From contig NC_043014.1 in assembly GCF_006345805.1 (NCBI RefSeq), positions 26,970,001 to 27,034,000 of the forward strand: a stretch of DNA of 64,000 bases. The letters run 5' to 3'. Below the pieces are notes generated by a model. That model was not told the DNA's origin and ran no database searches. It saw nothing but the letters and a program-made list of their open reading frames with translations. This document shows, piece by piece, positions 14,868-25,705 of this stretch (position 1 is the first letter of the stretch; every line of letters starts with the position of its first letter). The position numbers were made by a program, and so were the translations under genes. Source of the DNA: Octopus sinensis. Taxonomy: Eukaryota.

Positions 14868-16014
14868 TGTTACGGTTGGCTAGGTGCGTTTCTGGTGACC
14901 CACATAGGAATAATGGCACCATGATGTCTGGTGAAAATGTGACAGTCTTTTGTCTAATGGAGGACTAATGGGTTTTGGAATGACCTGTGACCCTGTGCGG
15001 GTGAATTAGGGGTCGCTCTGGACACCCCTTGAATATGTCGTGAGAGAGGATGAGGGGGCAGAGAGGGACAGGCAGAGAGTATGGTAGAGCTGTCAGGAGA
15101 GGGTAAGGGACAGTAGGCGATAGCGTTAGAGTAAGAGCAGAGGGCAAATAGAAAGGATAAGCAGTAAGGGACAGATTGAGGATATAGATAGAGTATAGGG
15201 ACCAGGGCAGTTAGAGAGGGTGTGAGCGGTACAGAGGGAGATGAGGGAGTGGAAGAAGGACAGAGATGAAGTGAGGTCTTGGCAGTCGTTGAGCGGTCGT
15301 GGAAGAACACGGACGGATCTTGTAGTCGCTGGCCGGTCCTCGAAGAAGACAGACGGACCTTGGATTTAAGGAGCAAGCGTTGGAATTCTTAGGAGCAAGT
15401 TGGATGCGAGAAAGCTTGGCGGCACAGAAGGGATATGTACAGAGGAATTAGCAGTATTGAGAGGAATGGGACACTGGCAGATTCAATTAGGAATTGAGGT
15501 ATGTGTTTGTGCATTGATATGTGTCACGGTGTATTAACCGTTAGTGAAAAGAACAGTCAAGGACTCTGCCGATGTGGTCGATAAAGGACATTGTGAAGAA
15601 GAAGAGTAAAGGACTTGTTGATTGTGATGTTTAGGAAGAGACTTTAAAGAACTGTTGTCCTGGGACGTGTACTCTTGAATTGTTACATGATGTTGTATTA
15701 TGCTTTGAGTTGTACTCTTGAAATGCTGTTGTATTATGTATTGAGTAGTCACGTGCATGCTTTGATGTATCTTGATGTTGTAACAATTGTAATTGTCGTA
15801 TAAACTGTTGTTTGAATATAAGCCAGTGTTGCCAGTTGTTGCCTTGCCTCTTTGGGTTGTATCTCGGGTTGTGCCTCTGTATCTCTGTGCTGTTGAGGTT
15901 GTGGCAGTATCTATCTGTATCTCCTCTCTCCGCCTCTTTGGGTTCCGTGGCGGAACTTGTGTGAGCCGTTCGGGACGAGCGACGACGGCGGGCGATCCCG
16001 TCCGTTTCGTAACA
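14868..16014 (+). repeat. 5' LTR of element D
   Basis: TGTTACG...CGTAACA; direct repeat of 18025-19171. Confidence 0.97.
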
Positions 16015-16016
16015 AC

Positions 16017-16035
16017 TGGTGTCAGAAGTGGGATT
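16017..16035 (+). promoter_or_regulatory. Primer-binding site, tRNA-Leu(CAA)
   Basis: TGGTGTCAGAAGTGGGATT is complementary to the recalled tRNA-Leu(CAA) 3' end; it starts 2 nt after the LTR. Confidence 0.9.
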
Positions 16036-16070
16036 GTCCTGATTGCTGCGTTTCGATCGGCATTTTCGCT

Positions 16071-17984
16071 ATGGATTTGTCTGGTTGTCAGACCGGAGAC
16101 GAGGAGATTTCGCTTGCTCTGATTGTGGAGATGTTAAGGGGCCAGATGGCGCAGACGGACGCGTTCGTGGAGAGAATGGACAGGAGGCGACAGGGCCTGT
16201 GGGCAGATCAGCGGGAGCTTGAGGTTGCGGATGGGTCAGCTTTGAAGGATCGGTGTTGGACCGAGGATAGTGACGGTCCTGTGGGCAGAGATTGCCCGTC
16301 AAACGAAGCATCGAGTGAAACAGATAGTGAAGGAAGTGTTGCGGAACCTGGGTTGGTTGCCGAAATCTGTGATGCTGGACCGGCTGTGTTTGCGGAACCT
16401 GGGCTGGTTGCCGAAATTTGTGACGCTGTACCCAAGAAATCTTGTGATTTGGAACCCGTAGAGGTTGAAGTAACCGAAAGGCCTGTGGAAGGTGTTATGG
16501 CTGATGCTGTTGTTCCGTGTCTGGAGCCCTTGGCATCTCGACCCCTGTCTCTCGGGGCTCGGGACGAAGAGCTGGCGAGGGCTGGGGTGGATGTCGCTGA
16601 ATCCGAGGTTCCGGCTCTGTGTGTGATGGTCGCGGCAGGTGTTGTGCCGTGTGCGGGTCCTTTGGTGTCTGGACTCCTGTCTCTTGGGGCCCAGAGGGAC
16701 TGTATGGTTCCCACCGTGGAGAGGCCACAGGCGAGGATGGACTGGCGGCCGAGCGTGTGTGTTGTGAGGCCTGCGGTACGGAAGCTGGTGAAGAAAAGGA
16801 CTAGGCCCGTTGGCGAGGCAAGACGGCTGCGAACGGTGGTGGGTCCACCGAGACCAGGAAGACTGCTTCAGCGTTGGGTGAGCTTTGTAGCTGATAGTTG
16901 CTTGGGGCTGGTGGAGCCCGACAGGCAGCGCCTAGTGAAAGCTCGATTGAGGGTCGGGTGGACCCTAGTGGAAGCAGAAGCTGGTGGAGCGCTGGCTGGG
17001 TCGGCCGATCTTTTGGAAGTGGCACAGGCGATTTGCAGAAGGCAAATCGAGGAATCGTGCCAGATGGCGAACCAGTGGTGGGGCCAGCTCTGCCGATACG
17101 GCAACGCAGTTGAAGGAGGTGGTGGCCCACGGATGCAGTTGAGGAAGCGGTCCGCAAGGAGTCGCTGGTGCTTTGTTGGCACTTGGGGGAGCTCTGTATT
17201 TGATGGTTGCGTGGGGCCGGTGGATCCCGACATGCAGTGCGGAGTAAGAGCTCGATTGAGGGTCGGGTGGACCCTAGTGGAAGCAGAAGCTGGTGGAGCG
17301 CTGGTTGGGTCGGCCGAGTTATTGAAGGCTGCGCAGGCGATTTGCAGAGGGCGAATCGTGGAACTGCGCCGGACGGTAAACCAGCGGCGTGGTCAGTTCT
17401 GCCGGTGCAGTGATGAAGTTAAGGGAGATCGTGGTCCGCTGATGCAGTTGCGGAAGAAGCAACCGTTGGTGAAAAGTGCAGGACGTTGGTCGCGAGGGTT
17501 GTTGGATGCTGGTTGCACGGACCTGGCAGAACGTTTCGTCGACCAAGGCGGTCGTCGCTTGAGGAAGCAGCGAGGCCGGAGGAAGGTCCCAGTACAGCAG
17601 CGCAAGAGGAGATATCGGCGACGGGGAGCAGTGAAAGGACAGAATGGTCCGTGGTCGTCAGCGATAATTGCGCGGAATGGGGATGGTACAGCAAGGTGCT
17701 ACGTGGGCTATAGAGCCCTGAGGAAGGTGGCCACTGTGAAGGATTGGCCGGACCCTTCCTATGTGAGGGATTTGAGGAACTTCCTCGGACGGTGCGCCTA
17801 TTGTAGGCGGCTAGTAGGAAGCCTGGCGGCGTTGGCGGTGGTATTGCCCAAGCCGCAGAGGGAAGGTGCCAACCTGTGGCTGGTGCTGAAGTGGTGGCCG
17901 TGGGAGGTGAGACCCCCGGAGGAGAAACCACCCAAGGGGACCCCCAGCCCCTGGAGAGTCTGCTGCTCGGAGGTGCGAGTTTAG
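16071..17984 (+). CDS. 637-aa ORF of degenerate gag pieces fused to a collapsed RT
   Basis: First ATG after the PBS; no stop until 17982-17984; C-terminus contains GPWSSAIIARNGDGTARCYVGYRAL joined to VKDWPDPSYVRDLRNFLGRCAYCRR. Confidence 0.7.
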   Translation: MDLSGCQTGDEEISLALIVEMLRGQMAQTDAFVERMDRRRQGLWADQRELEVADGSALKDRCWTEDSDGPVGRDCPSNEASSETDSEGSVAEPGLVAEICDAGPAVFAEPGLVAEICDAVPKKSCDLEPVEVEVTERPVEGVMADAVVPCLEPLASRPLSLGARDEELARAGVDVAESEVPALCVMVAAGVVPCAGPLVSGLLSLGAQRDCMVPTVERPQARMDWRPSVCVVRPAVRKLVKKRTRPVGEARRLRTVVGPPRPGRLLQRWVSFVADSCLGLVEPDRQRLVKARLRVGWTLVEAEAGGALAGSADLLEVAQAICRRQIEESCQMANQWWGQLCRYGNAVEGGGGPRMQLRKRSARSRWCFVGTWGSSVFDGCVGPVDPDMQCGVRARLRVGWTLVEAEAGGALVGSAELLKAAQAICRGRIVELRRTVNQRRGQFCRCSDEVKGDRGPLMQLRKKQPLVKSAGRWSRGLLDAGCTDLAERFVDQGGRRLRKQRGRRKVPVQQRKRRYRRRGAVKGQNGPWSSAIIARNGDGTARCYVGYRALRKVATVKDWPDPSYVRDLRNFLGRCAYCRRLVGSLAALAVVLPKPQREGANLWLVLKWWPWEVRPPEEKPPKGTPSPWRVCCSEVRV

Positions 17985-18024
17985 TATGCTTTGTCGGGTC
18001 GACAAAAGCTTAGGTAGGGGGTAG

Positions 18025-19171
18025 TGTTACGGTTGGCTACGTGCATTTCTGGTGACCCACATAGGAATAATGGCACCATGATGTCTGGTGAAAATGTGAC
18101 AGTCTTTTGTCTAATGGAGGACTAATGGGTTTTGGAATGACCTGTGACATTGTGCGGGTGAATTAGGGGTCGCTCTGGACACCCCTTGAATATGTCGTGA
18201 GAGAAGATGAGGGGGCAGAGAGGGACAGGCAGAGAGTATGGTAGAGCTGTCAGGAGAGGGTAAGGGACAGTAGGCGATAGCGATAGAGTAAGAGCAGAGG
18301 GCAAATAGAAAGGATAAGCAGTAAGGGACAGATTGAGGATATAGATAGAGTATAGGGACCAGGGCAGTAAGAGAGGGTGTGAGCGGTACAGAGGGAGATG
18401 AGGGAGTGGAAGAAGGACAGAGACGAAGTGAGGTCTTGGCAGTCGTTGAGCGGTCGTGGAAGAACACGGACGGATCTTGTAGTCGCTGGCCGGTCCTCGA
18501 AGAAGACAGACGGACCTTGGATTTAAGGAGCAAGCGTTGGAATTCTTAGGAGCAAGTTGGATGCGAGAAAGCTTGGCGGCACAGAAGGGATATGTACAGA
18601 GGAATTAGCAGTATTGAGAGGAATGGGACACTGGCAGATTCAATTAGGAATTGAGGTATGTGTTTGTGCATTGATATGTGTCACGGTGTATTAACCGTTA
18701 ATGAAAAGAACAGTCAAGGACTCTGTCGATGTGGTCGATAAAGGACATTGTGAAGAAGAAGAGTAAAGGACTTGTTGATTGTGATGTTTAGGAAGAGACT
18801 TTAAAGAACTGTTGTCCTGGGACGTGTACTCTTGAATTGTTACATGATGTTGTATTATGCTTTGAGTTGTACTCTTGAAATGCTGTTGTATTATGTATTG
18901 AGTAGTCACGTGCATGCTTTGATGTATCTTGATGTTGTAACAATTGTAATTGTCGTATAAACTGTTGTTTGAATATAAGCCAGTGTTGCCAGTTGTTGCC
19001 TTGCCTCTTTGGGTTGTATCTCGGGTTGTGCCTCTGTATCTCTGTGCTGTTGAGGTTGTGGCAGTATCTATCTGTATCTCCTCTCTCCGCCTCTTTGGGT
19101 TCCGTGGCGGAACTTGTGTGAGCCGTTCGGGACGAGCGACGACGGCGGGCGATCCCGTCCGTTTCGTAACA
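18025..19171 (+). repeat. 3' LTR of element D
   Basis: Direct repeat of 14868-16014, following the PPT. Confidence 0.97.
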
Positions 19172-19176
19172 ATATG

Positions 19177-19208
<32 letters not shown>

Positions 19209-19372
19209 ACATAAGGGACGTTAGCCATCTGAATGTGGCTAGGGACAGGGCAGGGCGGTGGGGGTGTTACTGATGCATTTAGCCCCAGGCGATCATCAAC
19301 GTCACCAGGAGGGCTGACGCCATCACGGCGTCCTCTAGCCTGCAAAGGGAGATCATTCCCCGAAGAAGCGGA

Positions 19373-19425
19373 TGCCACATACGGACCTAGGTTTCAAGGT
19401 GTTTGCCTATTATCAACGTATGGCA
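19373..19425 (-). ncRNA. Minimal type I hammerhead, U3:A8 core variant (copy 1)
   Basis: Exact reverse complement of 19867-19919; predicted cleavage between 19384 and 19383. Confidence 0.8.
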
Positions 19426-19866
19426 GGCACCGCTCCTCGACGAACGACTCTCTGTGCGGGCTATATATAAAGATTTTCACAGTAAATACATTTACTGATG
19501 TAGAAAATCCGTTCGACAGCAATAATAATTCTCTAAACGAGATATAGACAGTAACTGCTCCATAACATAAGGGACGTTAGCCATCTGAATGTGGCTAGGG
19601 ACAGGGCAGGGCGGTGGGGGTGTTACTGATGCGACGTTGATGATCGCCTGGGGCTAAATGCATCAGTAACACCCCCACCGCCCTGCCCTGTCCCTAGCCA
19701 CATTCAGATGGCTAACGTCCCTTATGTTATGGAGCAGTTACTGTCTATATCTCGTTTAGAGAATTATTATTGCTGTCGAACGGATTTTCTACATCAGTAA
19801 ATGTATTTACTGTGAAAATCTTTATATATAGCTTGCACAGAGAGTCGTTCGTCGAGGAGCGGTGCC

Positions 19867-19919
19867 TGCCATACGTTGATAATAGGCAAACACCTTGAAA
19901 CCTAGGTCCGTATGTGGCA
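19867..19919 (+). ncRNA. Minimal type I hammerhead, U3:A8 core variant (copy 2)
   Basis: Stem I UGCCAUACG/CGUAUGUGGCA; core UUGAUAA 19876-19882; stem II U-AGG-CAAACA-CCU-U; GAAA 19897-19900; palindromic ACCUAGGU; GUC triplet ending at 19908. Confidence 0.8.
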
Positions 19920-20128
19920 TCCGCTTCTTCGGGGAATGATCTCCCTTTGCAGGCTAGAGGACGCCGTGATGGCGTCAGCCCTCCTGGTGACGTTGATGAT
20001 CGCCTGGGGATAAATGCATCAGTAACACCCCCACCGCCCTGCCCTGTCCCTAGCCACATTCAGATGGCTAACGTCCCTTATGTTATGGAGCAGTTACTGT
20101 CTATATCTTGTTTAGAGAATTATTATTG

Positions 20129-20164
<36 letters not shown>

Positions 20165-20257
20165 AATCCAAACGGGAAAACAGAAAAAACAACAACACGT
20201 GGAACAATTACAATATTATTATTAATAGGCGCTCAGGAAAAGATATATATATATATG

Positions 20258-20613
20258 TGTGGTTCCGGGTTCAGTCCCACTGCGTGACACCTTGGACGAG
20301 TGTCTTCTACTATAGCCTCGGGCCGACCAAAGCCTTGTGAGTGGATTTGGTAGGCGGAAACTGAAAGAAGCCCGTCGTATATATGTATATATATATGTGT
20401 GTGTGTGCGTGTGTGTTTGTGTGTCTGTGTTTGTACCCCTAGCATTGCTTGACAACCGATGCTGGTGTGTTTATGTCCCCGTCACTTAGCGGTTCGGCAA
20501 AAGAGACCGATAGAATAAGTACTGGGCTTACAAAGAATAAGTCCCAGGGTCAAGTTCCTCGACTAAAGGCGGTGCTCCAGCATGGCCGCAGTCAAATGAC
20601 TGAAACAAGTAAA
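20258..20613 (+). mobile_element. SINE family 1 copy (5' truncated)
   Basis: B box through tail. Confidence 0.85.
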
Positions 20614-20626
20614 AGTGTATATATAT

Positions 20627-20662
<36 letters not shown>

Positions 20663-20889
20663 GGCGCAGGAGTGGCTGTGTGGTAAGTAGCTTGCTAACC
20701 AGCCACATGGTTCCTATATATAAGCGCAGGAATGGCTGTGTGATAAGTAGCTTGCTAACCAGCCACATGGTTCCGGGTTCAGTCCACTGCGTGGCACCTT
20801 GGGCTTTCTGCTATAGCCCCGGGCCGACTAAAGCCTTGTGACTGGATTTGGTAGACGGAAACTGAAAGAAGCCTGTCGTATATATGTAT

Positions 20890-21110
20890 ATATAACGGGA
20901 AGCTTTATGAAAATAGACAAAAGACGAAGGCAGGTGGAAAACAAACAAACAATTGTATTAGTATGGCGCTCAGGAAATATAAATAAAACAAGTATTTAAC
21001 GTTTCGAGCCTACGCTCTTCAACAGAAAGATACACAGAGAGAAAAAAAACACAGAAAGAAGGAGAGAAAAAAAATGCGTGCAGTAACTAACGAATCAACA
21101 TGGCGATGTA
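20890..21110 (-). mobile_element. PLE-like tail fragment with degenerate hammerhead-like motif
   Basis: Minus strand CUGUUGA-A-GAGC-GUAG-GCUC-GAAAC-GUU (about 20997-21025); a related tail (TTTCCTGAGCGCC...) lies at 20160-20245. Confidence 0.5.
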
Positions 21111-21150
21111 TGTGTGTGTATATGTTTGACTGAAACAAGTAAAAGATAAA

Positions 21151-21203
<53 letters not shown>

Positions 21204-21419
21204 TTGAGAGAGAGGGGGAGAGAGAAAGAAAGGGAGAGGAAAGGAAAGAAAATAGCTTTCAACACATGACTTTATGGGTTTACTATTTGTAGTTACAGTT
21301 TAGCCCAGATTTGCATTTCTGAAAGTTTCACTGATGCAAAAACGCACGTCATTGGTTAAAGACTTTATTACCAAATACTAAAGCTTCCGAACAATGACGC
21401 GTGCACTTTTGCCACTGTG

Positions 21420-24205
21420 ACACTTTAAATAATATAACCTGACCGGACAAGTGAAAATCATCATCGAGTGTAAAGCTATACATGAATTCACGAATCACCA
21501 GCTACAACTGCGTGACAGAATCTTCAAGTTGTATGAGAACTGCCGGCGAGAAACACTCACAAGCAAACAGATCACCTTCAAACAGTACATACGAGCGGAA
21601 AGTGAAAAAAATTGTTACTATAAAAAAATTATATGAGCGAAAAAGGATAAGCCAATTGTTTGTTTGAAACCCACAAGTTGTAAATTGCGATATGAAAAGC
21701 TAAATCATCTATTTAGTAAATGCTCCTCTTCAGGAAGACCTAGCGTCATTCTGGGGAGGAATCTGGAATGTAAATAAAGAACGCAATCGCGATGCAGCAT
21801 GGTTAAACGAACTACGGATTGAGTATTGTGCGAATGTCTCTCTCAAAACATATAACAACAGCAGTGAAACACTCCTGACAGTTATTATGAAACTGCCGAA
21901 TGGAAAATCCCTTGGGAGAGACCTGATTATAGGCTACTGGTTAAAAAGATCATGTTCTACAAGGAAATTCTTTCGATCTTGTGTAAAAAAAAACAATGGA
22001 CGTTGAGCTAGATATACCAGTTTGGCTGATGATTTCACTGACTACTCTTATCTTCAAGAATAGAAGAAAAAACCCATTTGGTCAAACATTATAAACCCGT
22101 AGCATGCTTGCAAGTTATGTACAATCTGTACACTAGTTATCTGAAAATACAGTTCTATATATCCGTCAAATGTAAATAATGTAGATAATGTTATCTGAAT
22201 ATGATTCTCCAAGATAACTGATGAACTAGCAGGAGGAAAGAGGGGAGTCTGGGGCTATGCTGGACAGCTCCTCTTTAACGATGTCCTTAAGAAAACCAAA
22301 CAATATCGCCATAATCTCTTAACAATATGACTATACTACAAGACGGCGTTCGACTCTGTCTCGCACACGGACGACAGGATCACTACACTTTACCAAAGTA
22401 CCTGTTGATATAGTCAATGCCATTGAAAGAATGAGCACAGCATAATTCACATAGTTATTGCTGACAATTACTAAAGCAACACCATTTGTTACAAACAGAA
22501 TTTAGCTATGAACAAGCAATTCCAGGGTGATACTGTTTGTACTGGCAGTGAATCCCTTGTCAGCACTGTTTAAAAAATATCAAGGTTACATACTGGGATA
22601 TATAGAAAAGAATACACATTTTTTGTTGATTACCTAAAGGTTAAATGATCAACATCAAGAGACTTTAGAACTAGTCAAAATATTTTCTCGAGACACAGGG
22701 ATGGGCAAGATAAAGGCTCATACATGATAGGCAACCGAGGAAAGATTGTCGACCAGTCAGAGAGCTTGTCTATCTCCTCTATCTTTAATGACGAAAGCTA
22801 CAAGTTTCTAGGAATCGACGAGAATGATTCATTTGTTGGCACTGTGATTCAAGCCAAGAATAACAAAAGATAATATGCAACTCAGACCTGTCTGCATTTA
22901 ACAAGACTGTATCTCACAATGCTTTTACAGTGCCGGTATTGGTACCTTCATTTGGGATATTGGCCTTGACGAGATCTGCAGCCTGGACATCAAAACTAGA
23001 AAGGTACTGACCACCACTGGCAACTTCCACGTTAACAACGACACTGACAGGATTTATGTGAGACGAAGTGATGGCGGTAGAGGTATAAGATCAGTCCAAA
23101 CAGCCTTTGAATGTCACATTGTATCACTCAGATAATACTTGCTGAATAGTAAAGAGCAAATGAGTTCATTCCATGCATACTCAAAAGTGAGTACGCATGA
23201 AGTTGGAGAAGAACTACTATTCAGATACTCTGAGAATACAACTGTCTCATGTGAGACTGGCCTACCTAAACAAAAGCTTGAAGGAGATACAAGCATCATA
23301 CCAACAAAAACCAATGCATGGGTACATATCCCATAAGACCGAGGGTAACAACAGCATTGACATGAAGAGTACCTTTTCCTGGACCGATGATAGATACATT
23401 ACATCCCAGCTAGAAGAATATGTCTTCGCTATCTAGGAAGAGGAGATAGCTACTTTAAACCTGATAAACAAGGACAAAGATACAACCAAACCTCCACGTT
23501 GTGATTGAAAATGTCAGGTCTACTATTTTAATGTGGAGGATATCATTCACATCATCAGCACAGCAACTACTCCAAAATGTCTACAAGATACTACCTGTCC
23601 CTGAAGTATGATGAGGTTGGAAAGATTATTTACAATGCTATCCGCAGGAAGGATTGCCCTGGCGTATACATCAAAGGCATGTCAGAACCTGCATGTATTC
23701 ATACCTTTAAAAACAAGGAATACTGGTGGAACATTCCAATAAAAACAGCAACTCGGTGCAAACATAACACATCCGATATTGTTCTGTGAGACAGGGGACA
23801 AGAGCCGTGCATTGTTGTAGATGCTGGCTGCCCAGCGAATGTGAATGTATCATCAAAAGTCCAAGAAAAAAGAAAGCATTTATGGTGAATTAATGCGGAA
23901 CATATAGATGATTATGAATTCTCATTTGTATCTATCATCATAGGTGCATTAGGCTATGTACTTACAAATTAAAAAAAAAACAACTAGAAATACTTGGTCT
24001 TTGGAGGAAAGTGCAAAGGAAACTGGTGCGGATTCTCCAAACCCAATCTATTAGTGGCACAGTGAATAAATGTCACGTACTTGGATGTGTGAATTGACAG
24101 CTCAACCAACATACTCCTGGAACTCTCTGAACTCAAAGTATTGCTGCTTTGTTAGTGACCGACTTGAACTCTCTTAAGAACTTAAATAAAACTCAAAGAA
24201 AAATC
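21420..24205 (+). mobile_element. Decayed R4/Dong-like non-LTR retrotransposon (RT plus restriction-like endonuclease)
   Basis: Manual reading across frameshifts: FWGGIWN, YWLKR, AFDSVSH, FQGD, a degenerate DD box, a CCHC-like region, EYWWNIPIKTATRCKHNTSDIVL and IIIGALG; ends in (ATAC)n. Confidence 0.8.
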
Positions 24206-24265
24206 ATACATACATACATACATACATACATACATACATACATACATACATACATACATACATAC

Positions 24266-24496
24266 TATTTCTGTATTACCCACAAGGGGCTAAACACAAA
24301 GAGGACAAACAAGGACAGACAAACGGATTAAGTCGATTACATCGACCCCAGTGCGTAACTAGTACTTAACTTATCGACCCCGAAAGGATGAAAGGCTAAG
24401 TCGACCTCGGCAGAATTTGAACTCAGAATGTAACGGCCGACGAAATACCGCTAGGCATTTCGCCCGGCGTGCTAACGTTTCTGCCAGTTCGCCGCC

Positions 24497-24497
<1 letters not shown>
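24266..24497 (-). mobile_element. tRNA-derived SINE, family 2
   Basis: GAxCTGGCAGAAACGTTAGC head, GAGTTCAAATT B box, and central CCTTTCATCCTTTCGGGGTCGATAA box. Confidence 0.85.
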
Positions 24498-24553
<56 letters not shown>

Positions 24554-25512
24554 CATACATATTTAGTGATAAGAATATTTCGATTTGATTGTCACCATTA
24601 TAATGAAGATTATACTTCGGTTAAGTTAAGAAATGAATGATCAAGAAGTCTCTGTGAAGTTCTAAATACATAATATTTATTTATCATTAAGAAAATAAAG
24701 TATTTTTACAACGAACAGCAGAAATGAAGATATTTAAAACAAGTGAATCACTTTAGTGGTCAGTTTGAGATGTTGTGCTCGAAAAGGACAGCTGCTGTCA
24801 GTGGTGAGATTTTCTAGCTGCTAACTGACTTAAGCTGAAATTGTGACCACTGTTGTTGTGGCAATCCGTAGCTGTTGCCGAGTGCCGTAAATTCCTGCAG
24901 CCTATTCTGTCCGTTTTGCAGTCACTAGCAAGTTAGTAGGAAAATAAACTATGTAAGAAAAAAAAAGCCTTCAAGGACGAAATTATTAATTACAATTTAA
25001 TATTGTTTGTCCAAAAACATTTTTGTTTGCAACACTTGAACTTAAAAAAAGTTAAACATCTATTGGGCCTATTGATTTGTACTATGCTGACATCATCAAT
25101 CCTTGGCTCATCCTATTTCTGTTAGTGTTATTTTTATGTGTGAATACAATTTGGGTTCGATTTCTACTCAGTGAATTGGTGTTTGGGACTCTGCTAAATA
25201 TTTCTGTTACGCATACATATTTTTAAAAAAGATCTCTCTCCCTCCCTCTCCCTCTCTCTATCTATCTTTTTATCTACCTACCTACCTACCATTCCATCCA
25301 TCCATCCACCCATCTATCTAGCTAGCTAGCTATCTAGCCTTTCCGGGCGGTCTATTTCTTTCTTTTGATGGTTCCAAAATGTCAAACGAAATGCCTTGCG
25401 ATTTTAGCTTACATAGCATACGGATTGTAAATAAATTGCCATATTATTTAAACATTTGTAGCATGTATTGAATTATCATTGTACATACATTTTTTCATTT
25501 ATTATATTTCTT

Positions 25513-25705
25513 CGAGCTGGCAGAAACGTTAACACGCCAGGCGAAATACTTTCGTCTGTCTTTACGTTCTGAGTTTAAATTCCGCCGAGGTCGACTTTGC
25601 CTTTCATCTTTTTGGGGTTGATAAATTAAGTACCAGTTGCGTACTGGGTCAATCTAATCGACTGACCCCCTCTCCCAAAATTTCGGGCCTTGTGCCTAGG
25701 GTAGA
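25513..25705 (+). mobile_element. SINE family 2 copy
   Basis: Same head, B box and central box. Confidence 0.85.

Larger units (their letters stand above)
14868..19171 (+). mobile_element. Young non-autonomous gypsy-derived LTR retroelement D
   Basis: 1147-bp LTRs (14868-16014, 18025-19171) differing by about ten substitutions; TG...CA ends; 4-bp TSD ATAT; PBS; PPT AGGTAGGGGGTAG (18012-18024); 2.0-kb interior. Confidence 0.97.
19206..20130. mobile_element. Hammerhead-containing 356-nt repeat, inverted plus tandem (candidate non-LTR retrozyme)
   Basis: Period 356 (19208 vs 19564; 19633 vs 19989); antisense block 19206-19632 and sense block 19633-20130; (AT)n on both sides. Confidence 0.8.

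Noticed and set aside
14954-15376. 140-aa minus-strand ORF duplicated at 18111-18533
   Set aside because: It lies in the purine-rich LTR; the duplication reflects LTR identity, and no domain was recognised.
15957-16070. N-terminal 38 codons of the 675-aa track ORF
   Set aside because: They start at GTG inside the LTR and run through the PBS; the first ATG after the PBS (16071) is the more plausible start.
19206-20130. CRISPR or satellite interpretation of the repeats
   Set aside because: No repeat-spacer pattern, eukaryotic context, and fewer than two units per block.
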